A DNA stretch of 64,000 nucleotides from an uncultured cyanobacterium (GTDB taxonomy: Bacteria > Cyanobacteriota > Cyanobacteriia > Cyanobacteriales > Microcystaceae): NCBI GenBank assembly GCA_963807635.1, contig CAWEDJ010000105.1:29965-93964 (forward strand), read 5' to 3'. The position numbers were made by a program, and so were the translations under genes. Numbering within the stretch: position 1 is the stretch's first letter; every line of letters starts with the position of its first letter. Positions 51,743 through 61,700 of the stretch are shown one piece after another. The notes below the pieces were generated by a model. It was given only the letters and a program-made list of their open reading frames with translations. It ran no database searches and was not told the DNA's origin.

Positions 51743-52684
51743 ATGGACTTAACTGCTGCCTTACCGATCTTTGTGATAACCCTCCGTGAAGGATTTGAAG
51801 CCGCCCTTGTCGTGGGAATTGTTCTTGCGTGCCTCAAAAAAGCAGAGCAAACCCAACTCAACTCTTGGGTTTATCGGGGCATCAGTGCGGGCATCGTAGC
51901 CAGTGTGATGGTAGGCTTTTTGCTCGGTGGCGTGTTGCAAGGCGTTGAAACAGGGCAAGACCCCTACACTCCCGTCTTAAAAGAAACCTTGGGCGGATTA
52001 TTTGGTCTGATTGCGATCGTTATGCTCAGTTGGATGCTGATTTGGATGACAAAACAGGCGAAATCCCTCAAAGCCGAAGTAGAAGGCGAAATTCAATCAG
52101 CCCTAGTAGACCCAGAAAATGCCGAAAAAGTCGTTTTTTTATTAGTATTTATTGCCGTTTTACGGGAAGGATTTGAAACCGTTTTATTTATTTTGGCTAA
52201 ATTTCAGGACGGTTGGACAGTTCCCACCCTTGGCGCGATCGCGGGTTTATTAACGGCTACGGTCTTGGGATTTTTGCTCTTTGCGGTGGGAGTCAAAATC
52301 AACCTACGGCTCTTTTTTCAGGTAATGGGCGTATTTTTGCTATTAATTATCGGCGGATTAGTGATGAGTGTCCTAAAAGACGGAGATTTGGCCGTCCTTC
52401 TTCTGGGGGAACTCGATCCCCGTTATCAATCCCTATGTCTTTTTACGGGGGATTCTTGTTTACTGGGAAATCAAGTCTGGGACGGCTCCCAGGTACTACC
52501 CGATCACACCTTTCCAGGCATTTTACTCAAAGCCCTATTCGGTTATCGTCAAACCCTCTATTTAGTTCAAGTGATTGCCTATGTCTTATTTTTAGGAATT
52601 ATGGGAACCGTTTACTTTCGCAGTTTTCAATCTTCTGCTTCCACTGTTCCCTCCCCTTCTACGAAGCTAAAAAAAGCAAATTAG
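51743..52684 (+). CDS. FTR1-family iron permease
   Basis: Two REGFE motifs; multi-pass membrane protein. Confidence 0.92.
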   Translation: MDLTAALPIFVITLREGFEAALVVGIVLACLKKAEQTQLNSWVYRGISAGIVASVMVGFLLGGVLQGVETGQDPYTPVLKETLGGLFGLIAIVMLSWMLIWMTKQAKSLKAEVEGEIQSALVDPENAEKVVFLLVFIAVLREGFETVLFILAKFQDGWTVPTLGAIAGLLTATVLGFLLFAVGVKINLRLFFQVMGVFLLLIIGGLVMSVLKDGDLAVLLLGELDPRYQSLCLFTGDSCLLGNQVWDGSQVLPDHTFPGILLKALFGYRQTLYLVQVIAYVLFLGIMGTVYFRSFQSSASTVPSPSTKLKKAN

Positions 52685-52921
52685 ACTGGGATAGAGTTAT
52701 TTGTCGCAAAAATAATGATTAATTCAATTTTGCCTTGATAAAGATAAAAGAGGTAATTTAAGCTACATTTTTCGCGATTTTTAAACCTAGCAGATTAATC
52801 CTTATAGGGAAACATTGTTGTTTGAATTTTCGTCGCCTTTAGAGTATTAATGCTCATTTTTTGTTTATTCAGCTAAAAATTGCTTATTTTCATCCTCTAG
52901 ATTTGTGATTTATCGACAAGA

Positions 52922-54223
52922 TTGAAATTAAGGATCGTAAACGCCATGAAACCCCCACTTTTTTTCCGATTCATTCCCCTTCTAACGGCAAGCTTTACCG
53001 CTTTTATTGCTAATCTTCCCGTGCAGTCCGTTGATTTTCAGCAGCAGGAAGTCGAGCAAAATCAATTTGTGGCGATCGCGAGACCCTACGGTGGGAATAA
53101 ATATGACCTGCTCATTTTGCAACAAATCCCAGGAAAACGCCAGTGCTGGCAAGAAAAAGGCAATAATCCCATCGTTATTGACCCCTTATTACTGAATTTT
53201 GATTTTACGGGAAGTTGTGAACGTAGCACCGACAGCAATGGCTATTCCATTCGTCTCAATGGTCAAGATTTAGGACTGGATTATTTATTACGAGTGGTTG
53301 AACGCAATGGCGAATTGGTGTTAGTGGGAACCAGTCGCCGCAACGGGAATTCCGAAGAAATTGTGATCGGTCGGACTCACGGATTAGGTCAGGGATTGAT
53401 GAAGATTGATTTAGATGGAGGCTGGCGTTTCACTAAACGAGCTTACCAAGGACGGCCCCTTTCCCATGTGTATCTCACAGGCGATCGCAACGCCATTAAT
53501 ACTACTCAACCAGTACCCACACCCCAGCCAATTGCAAATGCCCCAATAATTTCTCCCTCTATAAATGTTTCTTCTTCAGGTTCTTCAAGTTCTTCAAGTT
53601 CTTCAAGTTCTCCAGATTCTTCAGGAAATGTCGTTAAAGAATTAACTTTCACCGCTCCTGATAGTGGCATGGGTGTTTCCCCTCAAGTTCCCCCAACAGT
53701 TCCTAATTCCCCCATTCCCCAACAACCCTTACCTCCTTTGAATGGGAATGTTATCCAATCCTCTCTTCAACCCTCCTTACCTCCTGTTGACCGCAACTTT
53801 ACCCAATCTATACCCCAAAAAGCTTTAGCCAGTTTACCAACGGTCAGTTCTGGGGGTTATCGTAATCCTAATTTACTACCGCCGCCCCCTTCGCCTAAAA
53901 TTCCTCGTTCTGTTAATTCAGGTATCCAACCTTCTAACAGTTTTCCTTCTGGTAATTCGGGCCTTAATCCTTCTTCTAACATTCTTTCCTCTGATAATTC
54001 CCCCATGAATGCTCCAATTTCGGGTGTTTCTTACCGTGTTATGGCCGCCGTTTCAGGGATGCAACAGCAAGAGCAAGTGCGATCACTTTATCCCGATGCC
54101 TTTGCGACATCCTATCAAGGACAACGGGTATTACAGGTAGGGGTTTTTAGCACCAAAGAAAATGCAACTCAAGCTTATCAAAGCCTTCAAAATGCCGGTT
54201 TACGGGCGATTATAATTCCCTGA
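52922..54223 (+). CDS. DUF3747-like secreted protein with Pro/Ser-rich linker and SPOR-like C-terminus
   Basis: LLILQQIPGKRQCW, DPLLLNFDFTGSCERSTDSNGYSIR; C-terminal LQVGVFS. Confidence 0.75.
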   Translation: MKLRIVNAMKPPLFFRFIPLLTASFTAFIANLPVQSVDFQQQEVEQNQFVAIARPYGGNKYDLLILQQIPGKRQCWQEKGNNPIVIDPLLLNFDFTGSCERSTDSNGYSIRLNGQDLGLDYLLRVVERNGELVLVGTSRRNGNSEEIVIGRTHGLGQGLMKIDLDGGWRFTKRAYQGRPLSHVYLTGDRNAINTTQPVPTPQPIANAPIISPSINVSSSGSSSSSSSSSSPDSSGNVVKELTFTAPDSGMGVSPQVPPTVPNSPIPQQPLPPLNGNVIQSSLQPSLPPVDRNFTQSIPQKALASLPTVSSGGYRNPNLLPPPPSPKIPRSVNSGIQPSNSFPSGNSGLNPSSNILSSDNSPMNAPISGVSYRVMAAVSGMQQQEQVRSLYPDAFATSYQGQRVLQVGVFSTKENATQAYQSLQNAGLRAIIIP

Positions 54224-54536
54224 TTATTCTTGAATGTTGATATAGCGGTATTCCCATAGGTGAGGGGTAATCAAGTCGTTCTCTCTCCTCATAAACAGGT
54301 GATTCACAATAACTCACAATAAAAACAAAGAGTAAACCCATAAACGAGGCGATCGCACGGCCACTGTTCCTGACCATCAAATCACTACACTTAAGTGAAA
54401 ATACCGTAGAAAAATTGCAATAAAACGTGTTAAATTCTCACAAGGATAAACTAATTAAAAAAATCTTATCCATACTGTTTAGATAGTTGAGGCGATCCCA
54501 TTTCTGGAGAACGCAATAACTCAACCTGGCCAATCA

Positions 54537-56357
54537 ATGACTCTTTTTCCCAGATTTAATCGGGTAATTATCTTTTCTGTCATAGCGATCGCATTATGTC
54601 CCTTCCAGGCGATCGCCGTACCACTGCCAAGCAAAATAAACTCTATACAACAAGTTTTAGCCGAATCAGGAAAAGCAGAAGTAGCCAATCCAAATCAACC
54701 CATCAACGAAATTCCACCATCAAGCGAAATATCCGTCCCGAAAGACCTCCCCTCTCCTGATATTTGTCCTCTGTCGGCGAATTTGACGGAAAAAGTGCCT
54801 CAAATCTTTTCCCTAACTCAACTGACAGTAGATGACCAGCCCATTACCTTGCAGCTCCAAGGTACGACGGTTTTCGATCAAGCAATGATCCTCAATGATC
54901 CAAAAATTAGCCAAATCCTGAAACAAAATCAAGAAAAAAAACTAACAAAAGCAGAATTTATCACCATCTATCAAGAAATTACCAAAGCCCTGACTCAAAT
55001 GTATCTCAATCAGGGCTATATCACCTCCAAAGCCGTTCCCCAGGAAAATTTAGAAATTCCCGTAGACCGCGTTATCACAATTCCTATTCTCGAAGGACGC
55101 TTAAAAGAAATTGTTCTGCTCAGTAGGGGAAGACTAAATCCTGATTATATTTGCGATCGCGTGGGCTTAGGCGTAGGCGTTCCCCTCAACATTATTCAAG
55201 TCGAAGAACAACTCAGACTACTCAAACAAAATCCCCTCTTGTCGGGCATCAACGGCAACCTTAAGAACTCAGGCACAGCAGGACTCAGTATTCTTGAAAT
55301 CACTGTTCAGGAAAGTCAACCTTTTAGCGCAAGTCTCAGCTTTGATAACTATTCTCCCATTAGTTTAGGCTCGGAAAGAATGGGCGTTTCCCTAGGGTAC
55401 AAAAATCCAACGGGCTTAGGGGATGACATTTCAGCAACCTACTATCGTTCCACCACAGGCGGCTTGAATCTAGCGGACTTTAGCTATCGTGTCCCTCTTA
55501 ATCCGATGGAAGGAACTCTACAATTACGCGCCATCCCTACCTGGACAAAAGTGACTCAAGCTCCTTTTGATCAATTTGAGATTACGGGAACCAATCCTGT
55601 GTATGAAATTAGTTATCGTCAGCCATTAGTACGAAGTCTTCAAGACGAATTTGCCCTTTCTCTCGGATTTCGCTATCAAGACGGAGAAACCCTCGGTTTA
55701 GGAAGACCTGATTTGTTCGGCAATAGCAGTACGAGTGTTATTCAATTTAGCCAGGATTATCTCCATCGCGATCCCGATGGTTTGTGGTTTTTCCAATCCC
55801 AATTAAACTTTGGTACGGGTCTATTTAATGCCACTCAAGAAGACGATCCCTTACCCAGTGGGAGTTTTTTTAGCTGGGTCGCTCAAGGTCAACGATTACA
55901 ACGATTAACGAAAGATCAATTATTAATTATTCAAGGCAGTTTACAACTTACACCTGACAGTCTTTTGCCCGATTATTTGTTTATTATTGGTGGCGGTCAA
56001 TCGGTACGGGGTTATGTTCAAAATGCCCGTTCGGGGGATAATGGGTTTCGTTTTTCCGTTGAAGATCGGATCACTTTAGTACGGGATGAAGAGGAGGTTT
56101 CTATTTTTGAAATTGCACCGTTTATGGATATGGGTTCGGTCTGGAATAGTGCGGAGAATCCCACTCAGTTGCCGCCTAAGACTTTTTTGATTAGTGCAGG
56201 TCTGGGACTTATTTGGAACAATGCTTTTTCTCTTAATGGATTAAATCTACGTTTTGATTATGGATTACCAATGATTGATTTACAAAGTCCCGTAAATAAT
56301 CTCCAGAATGATGGCATCTATTTTCAAGTAAATTATCAACCCTTTGTTAAGAAATAA
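54537..56357 (+). CDS. ShlB/FhaC/HecB (TpsB) secretion/activation outer membrane protein
   Basis: POTRA region (YLNQGYITSKA, ILEGRL) and beta-barrel loop IGGGQSVRGY. Confidence 0.9.
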   Translation: MTLFPRFNRVIIFSVIAIALCPFQAIAVPLPSKINSIQQVLAESGKAEVANPNQPINEIPPSSEISVPKDLPSPDICPLSANLTEKVPQIFSLTQLTVDDQPITLQLQGTTVFDQAMILNDPKISQILKQNQEKKLTKAEFITIYQEITKALTQMYLNQGYITSKAVPQENLEIPVDRVITIPILEGRLKEIVLLSRGRLNPDYICDRVGLGVGVPLNIIQVEEQLRLLKQNPLLSGINGNLKNSGTAGLSILEITVQESQPFSASLSFDNYSPISLGSERMGVSLGYKNPTGLGDDISATYYRSTTGGLNLADFSYRVPLNPMEGTLQLRAIPTWTKVTQAPFDQFEITGTNPVYEISYRQPLVRSLQDEFALSLGFRYQDGETLGLGRPDLFGNSSTSVIQFSQDYLHRDPDGLWFFQSQLNFGTGLFNATQEDDPLPSGSFFSWVAQGQRLQRLTKDQLLIIQGSLQLTPDSLLPDYLFIIGGGQSVRGYVQNARSGDNGFRFSVEDRITLVRDEEEVSIFEIAPFMDMGSVWNSAENPTQLPPKTFLISAGLGLIWNNAFSLNGLNLRFDYGLPMIDLQSPVNNLQNDGIYFQVNYQPFVKK

Positions 56358-56401
56358 TCATTTTGCCCATGAGTAGGCTTATTTATTCTATTGTCTAATC
56401 T

Positions 56402-57637
56402 ATGAACGATCTAACGAACGCCAATGACCCGCTCAACCTTGCAACCAGTCGCTATCAAACAGCTTTGAACTGTTTGGACAATACCAAGGTTAAGCTATCT
56501 GCCCAACAGGTTTTAGAAATTTTAGCGGCGCGGGATGAGCTTCAGCGAGCCTTGAAAGATGAGCAATCTATTCCTCCTGATTTACTCTCTCAGATCTATG
56601 ATTTAGACGCTAAGTTGAAAAGAAAAGCTGACAAAATTAATCGAGCGATCGCCCTAGCAGACTATCGAGAAAGTTTGCCCGAACCGCCCCAGGAGTGGTG
56701 GTGGCAACTAGACAGTAAAAATGCAAATTTATTACTCAAGGGCCTAGCGATTTTAACCTGGACAGGAAGCTTAGGATTGTTAGCAAATATTGCTAGTCGC
56801 TTTTTGAGTGGTGGAGTCGGGGTGGTGGGGGCCTCCGCTATTTTTTTTCCGAGCTTTTTGACCATGCTCCAGGCCAGAAGTGAACTCACAGAAGCGGGTC
56901 AACAGCGATTTGAAAAAACATTGATTCAATTAGGAGTTCCCCACCAGTATCGGGAAGCGATTAAATTTCTGACACTGTTGATGTTGTTTAGCTTTTTATT
57001 AGGTTTTTGGTTCCTAATTCCCACGATTTCTGAAATTTATAATCAGCAGGGGCTGCGGAGTGCTAAAAATGGTAACTTGGGAACGGCCCAGGAAAATTAT
57101 CAACGATCAATCGCCTTAGATCCAGATAACGTCGATACCCACTACAACCTGGGCAATTTATACGAAGATTTACAGGAATTTGATAAGGCGAAGACGGAAT
57201 ATCTGATTGCTGTGCAAGGAAATGTCCCAGAAGCCTATAATAATTTAGCGAGGTTATTCATCCGACAAAAACAATATCCTGAAGCCGTTTCTCTTTTACA
57301 ACAAGGTCTTTTGCTGGCGGGTCAAACCGAGGGGCCAACGGAAGTTAAATATAACTTGTTTAAAAATTTAGGATGGGCCAGATTTGAGCAAAAACGAGAT
57401 CTGGAAGCTTGGCAAGCCCTACAGGTGGCAACAGGAATCGCTAAAAATCCAGACATTGCACCTTATATCGCTAATCCAGGATCTTCCTATTGTCTTTTAG
57501 CCCAAGTCCTAGACCGACAAAAAAAGCCCGCGATCGCCGAATGGCAAAAATGTAATGAATTAGGCTCTACCCTCAATCCTGATGAGGACACCTGGTTAAA
57601 TCTTAGCTATCAAAAACTACAGGAGGTAAAACCATGA
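56402..57637 (+). CDS. Membrane-anchored TPR protein
   Basis: Central hydrophobic helices followed by TPRs (HYNLGNLY, AYNNLARL). Confidence 0.8.
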   Translation: MNDLTNANDPLNLATSRYQTALNCLDNTKVKLSAQQVLEILAARDELQRALKDEQSIPPDLLSQIYDLDAKLKRKADKINRAIALADYRESLPEPPQEWWWQLDSKNANLLLKGLAILTWTGSLGLLANIASRFLSGGVGVVGASAIFFPSFLTMLQARSELTEAGQQRFEKTLIQLGVPHQYREAIKFLTLLMLFSFLLGFWFLIPTISEIYNQQGLRSAKNGNLGTAQENYQRSIALDPDNVDTHYNLGNLYEDLQEFDKAKTEYLIAVQGNVPEAYNNLARLFIRQKQYPEAVSLLQQGLLLAGQTEGPTEVKYNLFKNLGWARFEQKRDLEAWQALQVATGIAKNPDIAPYIANPGSSYCLLAQVLDRQKKPAIAEWQKCNELGSTLNPDEDTWLNLSYQKLQEVKP

Positions 57638-58722
57638 TACGAACCAATTTTGTCTTCACGCTATTCCCTGCCCTAATTTTGGGATTGAGCTTAGAAACAT
57701 TTATTTCTCCTGCCCAGGCCCAACCCACGGCCCTCAATTTAATTTCCGACATTAAGGGCAATGTTTTACTCAAACGGAGTCAATGGAAGGATTTCAAAAA
57801 AGCCAATGTGGGTGACTTATTAAACGTTTCTGATCAATTAAAGCTAGGATCTGGGGCATCAGCAACGGTTCTTTGTAATAACCTAAAAGTTTGGAACGTT
57901 CCCAATAATAAGGCTACGTTGGTTTCCGATGGATGTGGGACTGGCGGATTAGTCGCGATGCAAGCCAATGCTTCCTTGATTCGTTCTCGTGGTAATGCCC
58001 AGCTTTATATTCTCAGTCCTCGAAATACCCACGTATTCACAGAACGCCCCCTATTTCGATGGAGTGCAGTACCAGGAGCTAAAAAATATACGGTTCAACT
58101 GGTCGAAAATGGCATAGAAACTATTTGGCAAGCAGAAACAGATCAGACTCAAATTGAGTATCCAGGCCAACCTGCTATCAAACCAGAGGTTCGTTATTGG
58201 TTAGTCATCAAGACGGATAATGGGGTTTCGTCCAGTAATCCTTCTCCCCAATTTAAGCGATTAACGCCAGAAAAAAGTCAATTACTCCAATCCCAAATTC
58301 AACAAATTCAGACGCAAAATTTGCCCCCAGAGGTGGAAGCCATTGCCCTGGCCTATTTATATCGGGTCTATGATTTGAATGCTGAAGCGATCGAGTTATT
58401 AGAAGCTCAGGTGAAACCAGAAAAATCAGGCTCTCCTTCCTACGCGACTTATAAATTATTGGGAGAAAGCTACCGACAGGTGGGATTAGTCAAGGAATCG
58501 GAAGCAGCCTATCTCCAAGCCCTAACGTTGGCCCAAGAGACTAATGATGTTTTTGCCCAGGCAGAGATTCAGTATCAATTGGGTGATATACAGTTGGATT
58601 TGAATAATCTCCCTGAAGCCAAGAAGTTAATGCTTCAGTCGCAAAAGTCTTACCAAGATTTAGGAGATAGTGCTAAAACCCAAGAAATTGATCAATTACT
58701 CGAAGAAATTGGTCATAAATAA
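57634..58722 (+). CDS. Secreted protein with C-terminal TPRs
   Basis: Signal peptide ending AQA; ILSPRNT..RPLFRW segment; C-terminal TPRs; ATGA overlap with the upstream gene. Confidence 0.75.
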   Translation: MIRTNFVFTLFPALILGLSLETFISPAQAQPTALNLISDIKGNVLLKRSQWKDFKKANVGDLLNVSDQLKLGSGASATVLCNNLKVWNVPNNKATLVSDGCGTGGLVAMQANASLIRSRGNAQLYILSPRNTHVFTERPLFRWSAVPGAKKYTVQLVENGIETIWQAETDQTQIEYPGQPAIKPEVRYWLVIKTDNGVSSSNPSPQFKRLTPEKSQLLQSQIQQIQTQNLPPEVEAIALAYLYRVYDLNAEAIELLEAQVKPEKSGSPSYATYKLLGESYRQVGLVKESEAAYLQALTLAQETNDVFAQAEIQYQLGDIQLDLNNLPEAKKLMLQSQKSYQDLGDSAKTQEIDQLLEEIGHK

Positions 58723-58774
58723 ATCCTATTACCCGATTAACCCAATCTCCTCCTACAAATTAATTATCAAGACT

Positions 58775-61700
58775 ATGACTATCTCTACTCTCCTGACTCG
58801 ATCGCTCTTTACGGCTCTTTTACTTTCCCTGGGAATGCCCAATGTCCTCCTTGCCCAGGTTACGCCTGCCAATGATGGTACGGGAACGGTGGTAAATACC
58901 AATGGGAATCAATTCAATATTGAGGGGGGAACGCTCTCAGGAAACGGGGCTAATCTTTTTCATAGTTTGGAGAAATTGGGCTTAAATCGGGATCAAATTG
59001 CCAATTTTCTGGCGAATCCCCAGGTACAGAATATTTTGACCCGTGTGGTGGGCGGTGATGCGTCGATTATTAATGGACTCATTCAGGTTGCGGGAGGGAA
59101 TGCCAATCTCTATCTGATGAATCCTGCGGGGGTGATTTTTGGCCCGAATGCGATGATTAATGTGCCTGGGGATTTTGTGGTCACGACTGCGACGGGCATT
59201 GGTTTTGGCAATGATCAATGGTTTAATGCCGTTGGCAGTAATGATTACCAAACTTTAATTGGGAATCCGTCCCAGTTTGCGTTTGATTTGGCCGAATCCT
59301 GGGGCAATTTTTAATGGGGGGAATTTAACTGTTGGCGAAGGGAAAAATATTTCTCTTATTGGCGGCACGGTGTTGAATACGGGAACGATTAGCGCGCCTG
59401 GGGGAGATATTACCATCGCGGCAATCCCTGGAACGAGTCGGGTGAAAATTTCTAAGGCGGGTAATTTGGTCAGTTTGGAGGTGGAATTGTCACCGAATCC
59501 TGACAAAAGCCAAAAAATTAATCCTTTAGATTTACCAACTCTGTTGACGAAAGGGGCAATTTTCCTTGAAAATACGGAGACGAATTTGGCTCAGGGATCG
59601 GTAATTACGGAGGGCGTGGTTAGCGCGGCAGGAACCCAAGGCGGACAGGTGGCTCTGATTGGTCAGCAGGTCAGTGTGAGCAAGGGTTTGATTGATGTTT
59701 CGGGGGTGAATGGTGGGGGAACGGTGCGGGTTGGAGGGGATTATCAGGGTAAGGGGTCGATTCCGAATGCGGCCAAAACTTTGGTTGATGGGAAGTCGCA
59801 GATTAAGGCGGATGGTTTGGGTCTGGGTGATGGCGGTAAGGTGATTGTTTGGGCGGATGGCAATACTCAGTTTGATGGAACGATTTCGGCTAAGGGTGGT
59901 TTGTTGGGAGGAACTGGCGGTTTTATTGAAACTTCTGGAAAAAATCAATTAATGGTGGGAAACACAGCCCTGGTCGATACTAGTTCGCCTCTAGGAAATA
60001 TTGGAACTTGGCTATTAGACCCAACGGATTTAACGGTAGTTGCAATTGGAGGAACTGCCGATATAGTAGGTGGTAGCAACAGTCCAACCGATAAGTCGTC
60101 GATTAACAGTTCGACTATTGTGAATGCTCTCAATTCAACGAATGTTAATTTAAACGCTAGTAATTCGATTACGGTTAATTGGGCAATCAATGCTAGTGCG
60201 AATGCAAATCCAAGAAATTTAAGGCTAGAAGCCCCAACTGTTAATTTAAATGCACCGATTAACTTAAAGGCACGTAGCGTTTTATCGGGTACGCCGACAA
60301 CTGTAAATGTTGGTATAAGTGGATTAATTCAAAATGGGGTAGATGTTGTTGCTTCGGGTGGAACTGTCAATTTAGCAGCGGCTACTTATACGCTTTCTCA
60401 AGAGGTCGGTATTACTAAATCTTTGACTTTGAAGGGAGCAAGTAATACAACTGTTAGTGGGAATGATGCTACCCGTGTTTTTAAGATTTCACCAACAGAT
60501 ACAGGCGAAAGCACAACAGTTAATTTAGATGGATTAACTATTACCAAGGGTTTCGTAAGCAACGATAATGGAGGAAGAATAAATGAAGGAGGAGGAATAC
60601 GTGTTAATAGTGGAAGTACTTTAAGCTTAAACAACAGCACCATTTCTGGTAACACCGCTTCCTCTAATTCTGGTGCTTCTGTTTATGGAGGCGGCATCTC
60701 CAATTCTGGAACATTAACAGTTAGCAATAGCACCCTTTCTGGTAACACCGGTTCTTCTTCTTCTGCTTCTAATTCTGGTGTTTCTGTTTATGGAGGAGGC
60801 ATCTACAATTCTGGAACATTAACAGTTAGCAATAGCACCCTTTCTGGTAACACCGGTTCTTCTTCTGCTTCTAATTCTGGTGTTTCTGTTTATGGAGGAG
60901 GCATCTACAATTCTGGAACATTAACAGTTAGCAATAGCACCATTTCTGGTAACAATGCTTCTTCTTCTGGTCTTCTTTCTTCATCTTATGGAGGCGGCAT
61001 CTACAATTCTTTTCGTGGAACAGTTACAGTTAGCAATAGCACCCTTTCTGGTAACACCGCTTCTTCTTCTTCTCCTCCTGATTCTCCTGCTTCTCCTGCT
61101 TCTTTTTCTTCTGGAGGCGGCATCTACAACGTTAGTGAGGGAACAGTTACAGTTAGCAATAGCACCCTTTCTGGTAACATTGCTTCTTCTTCTTCTTCTT
61201 CTTCTGTTTATGGAGGCGGCATTTACAACGCTGGCACATTAGTAATCAACAGCAGCACTCTTTCTGGTAACAGTATTTCTTCTTCTTCTAATAATTCCAC
61301 TACTTCTGGCGGCGGCATTTACAACGCTGGCACATTAGCAATCAACAGCAGCACTCTTTCTGGTAATACAGCTAGTACAGGTGGTGGTATTCAAAATTTA
61401 GGTACTTTAAACCTAAGCAATCTAACTCTCGGTAACAATACAGCCTCTATTGGTAGTGGAATTAATAGCAATAGTTCGCTTACTTTTGATGGAAATACTT
61501 CCCTTGCATCCAACATTACAACTAATAATGGAAATCAAACCTATAACGGTGCAGTCACCTTGCAAGGAAACACAACCTTAACGGGAACTGATATTAACTT
61601 CCAAAATACAGTAGATGGAAATCAATCATTAACCGTCAACGCATCAGGAATAACCCACTTTGAAAGAGCAGTCGGTGGGACAACAAAGTTAAACTCCTTA

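Noticed and set aside
60630..61380. Repeat-spacer-like pattern
   Set aside because: The units are in-frame coding repeats of the TpsA exoprotein; the variable parts are Ser codon runs.
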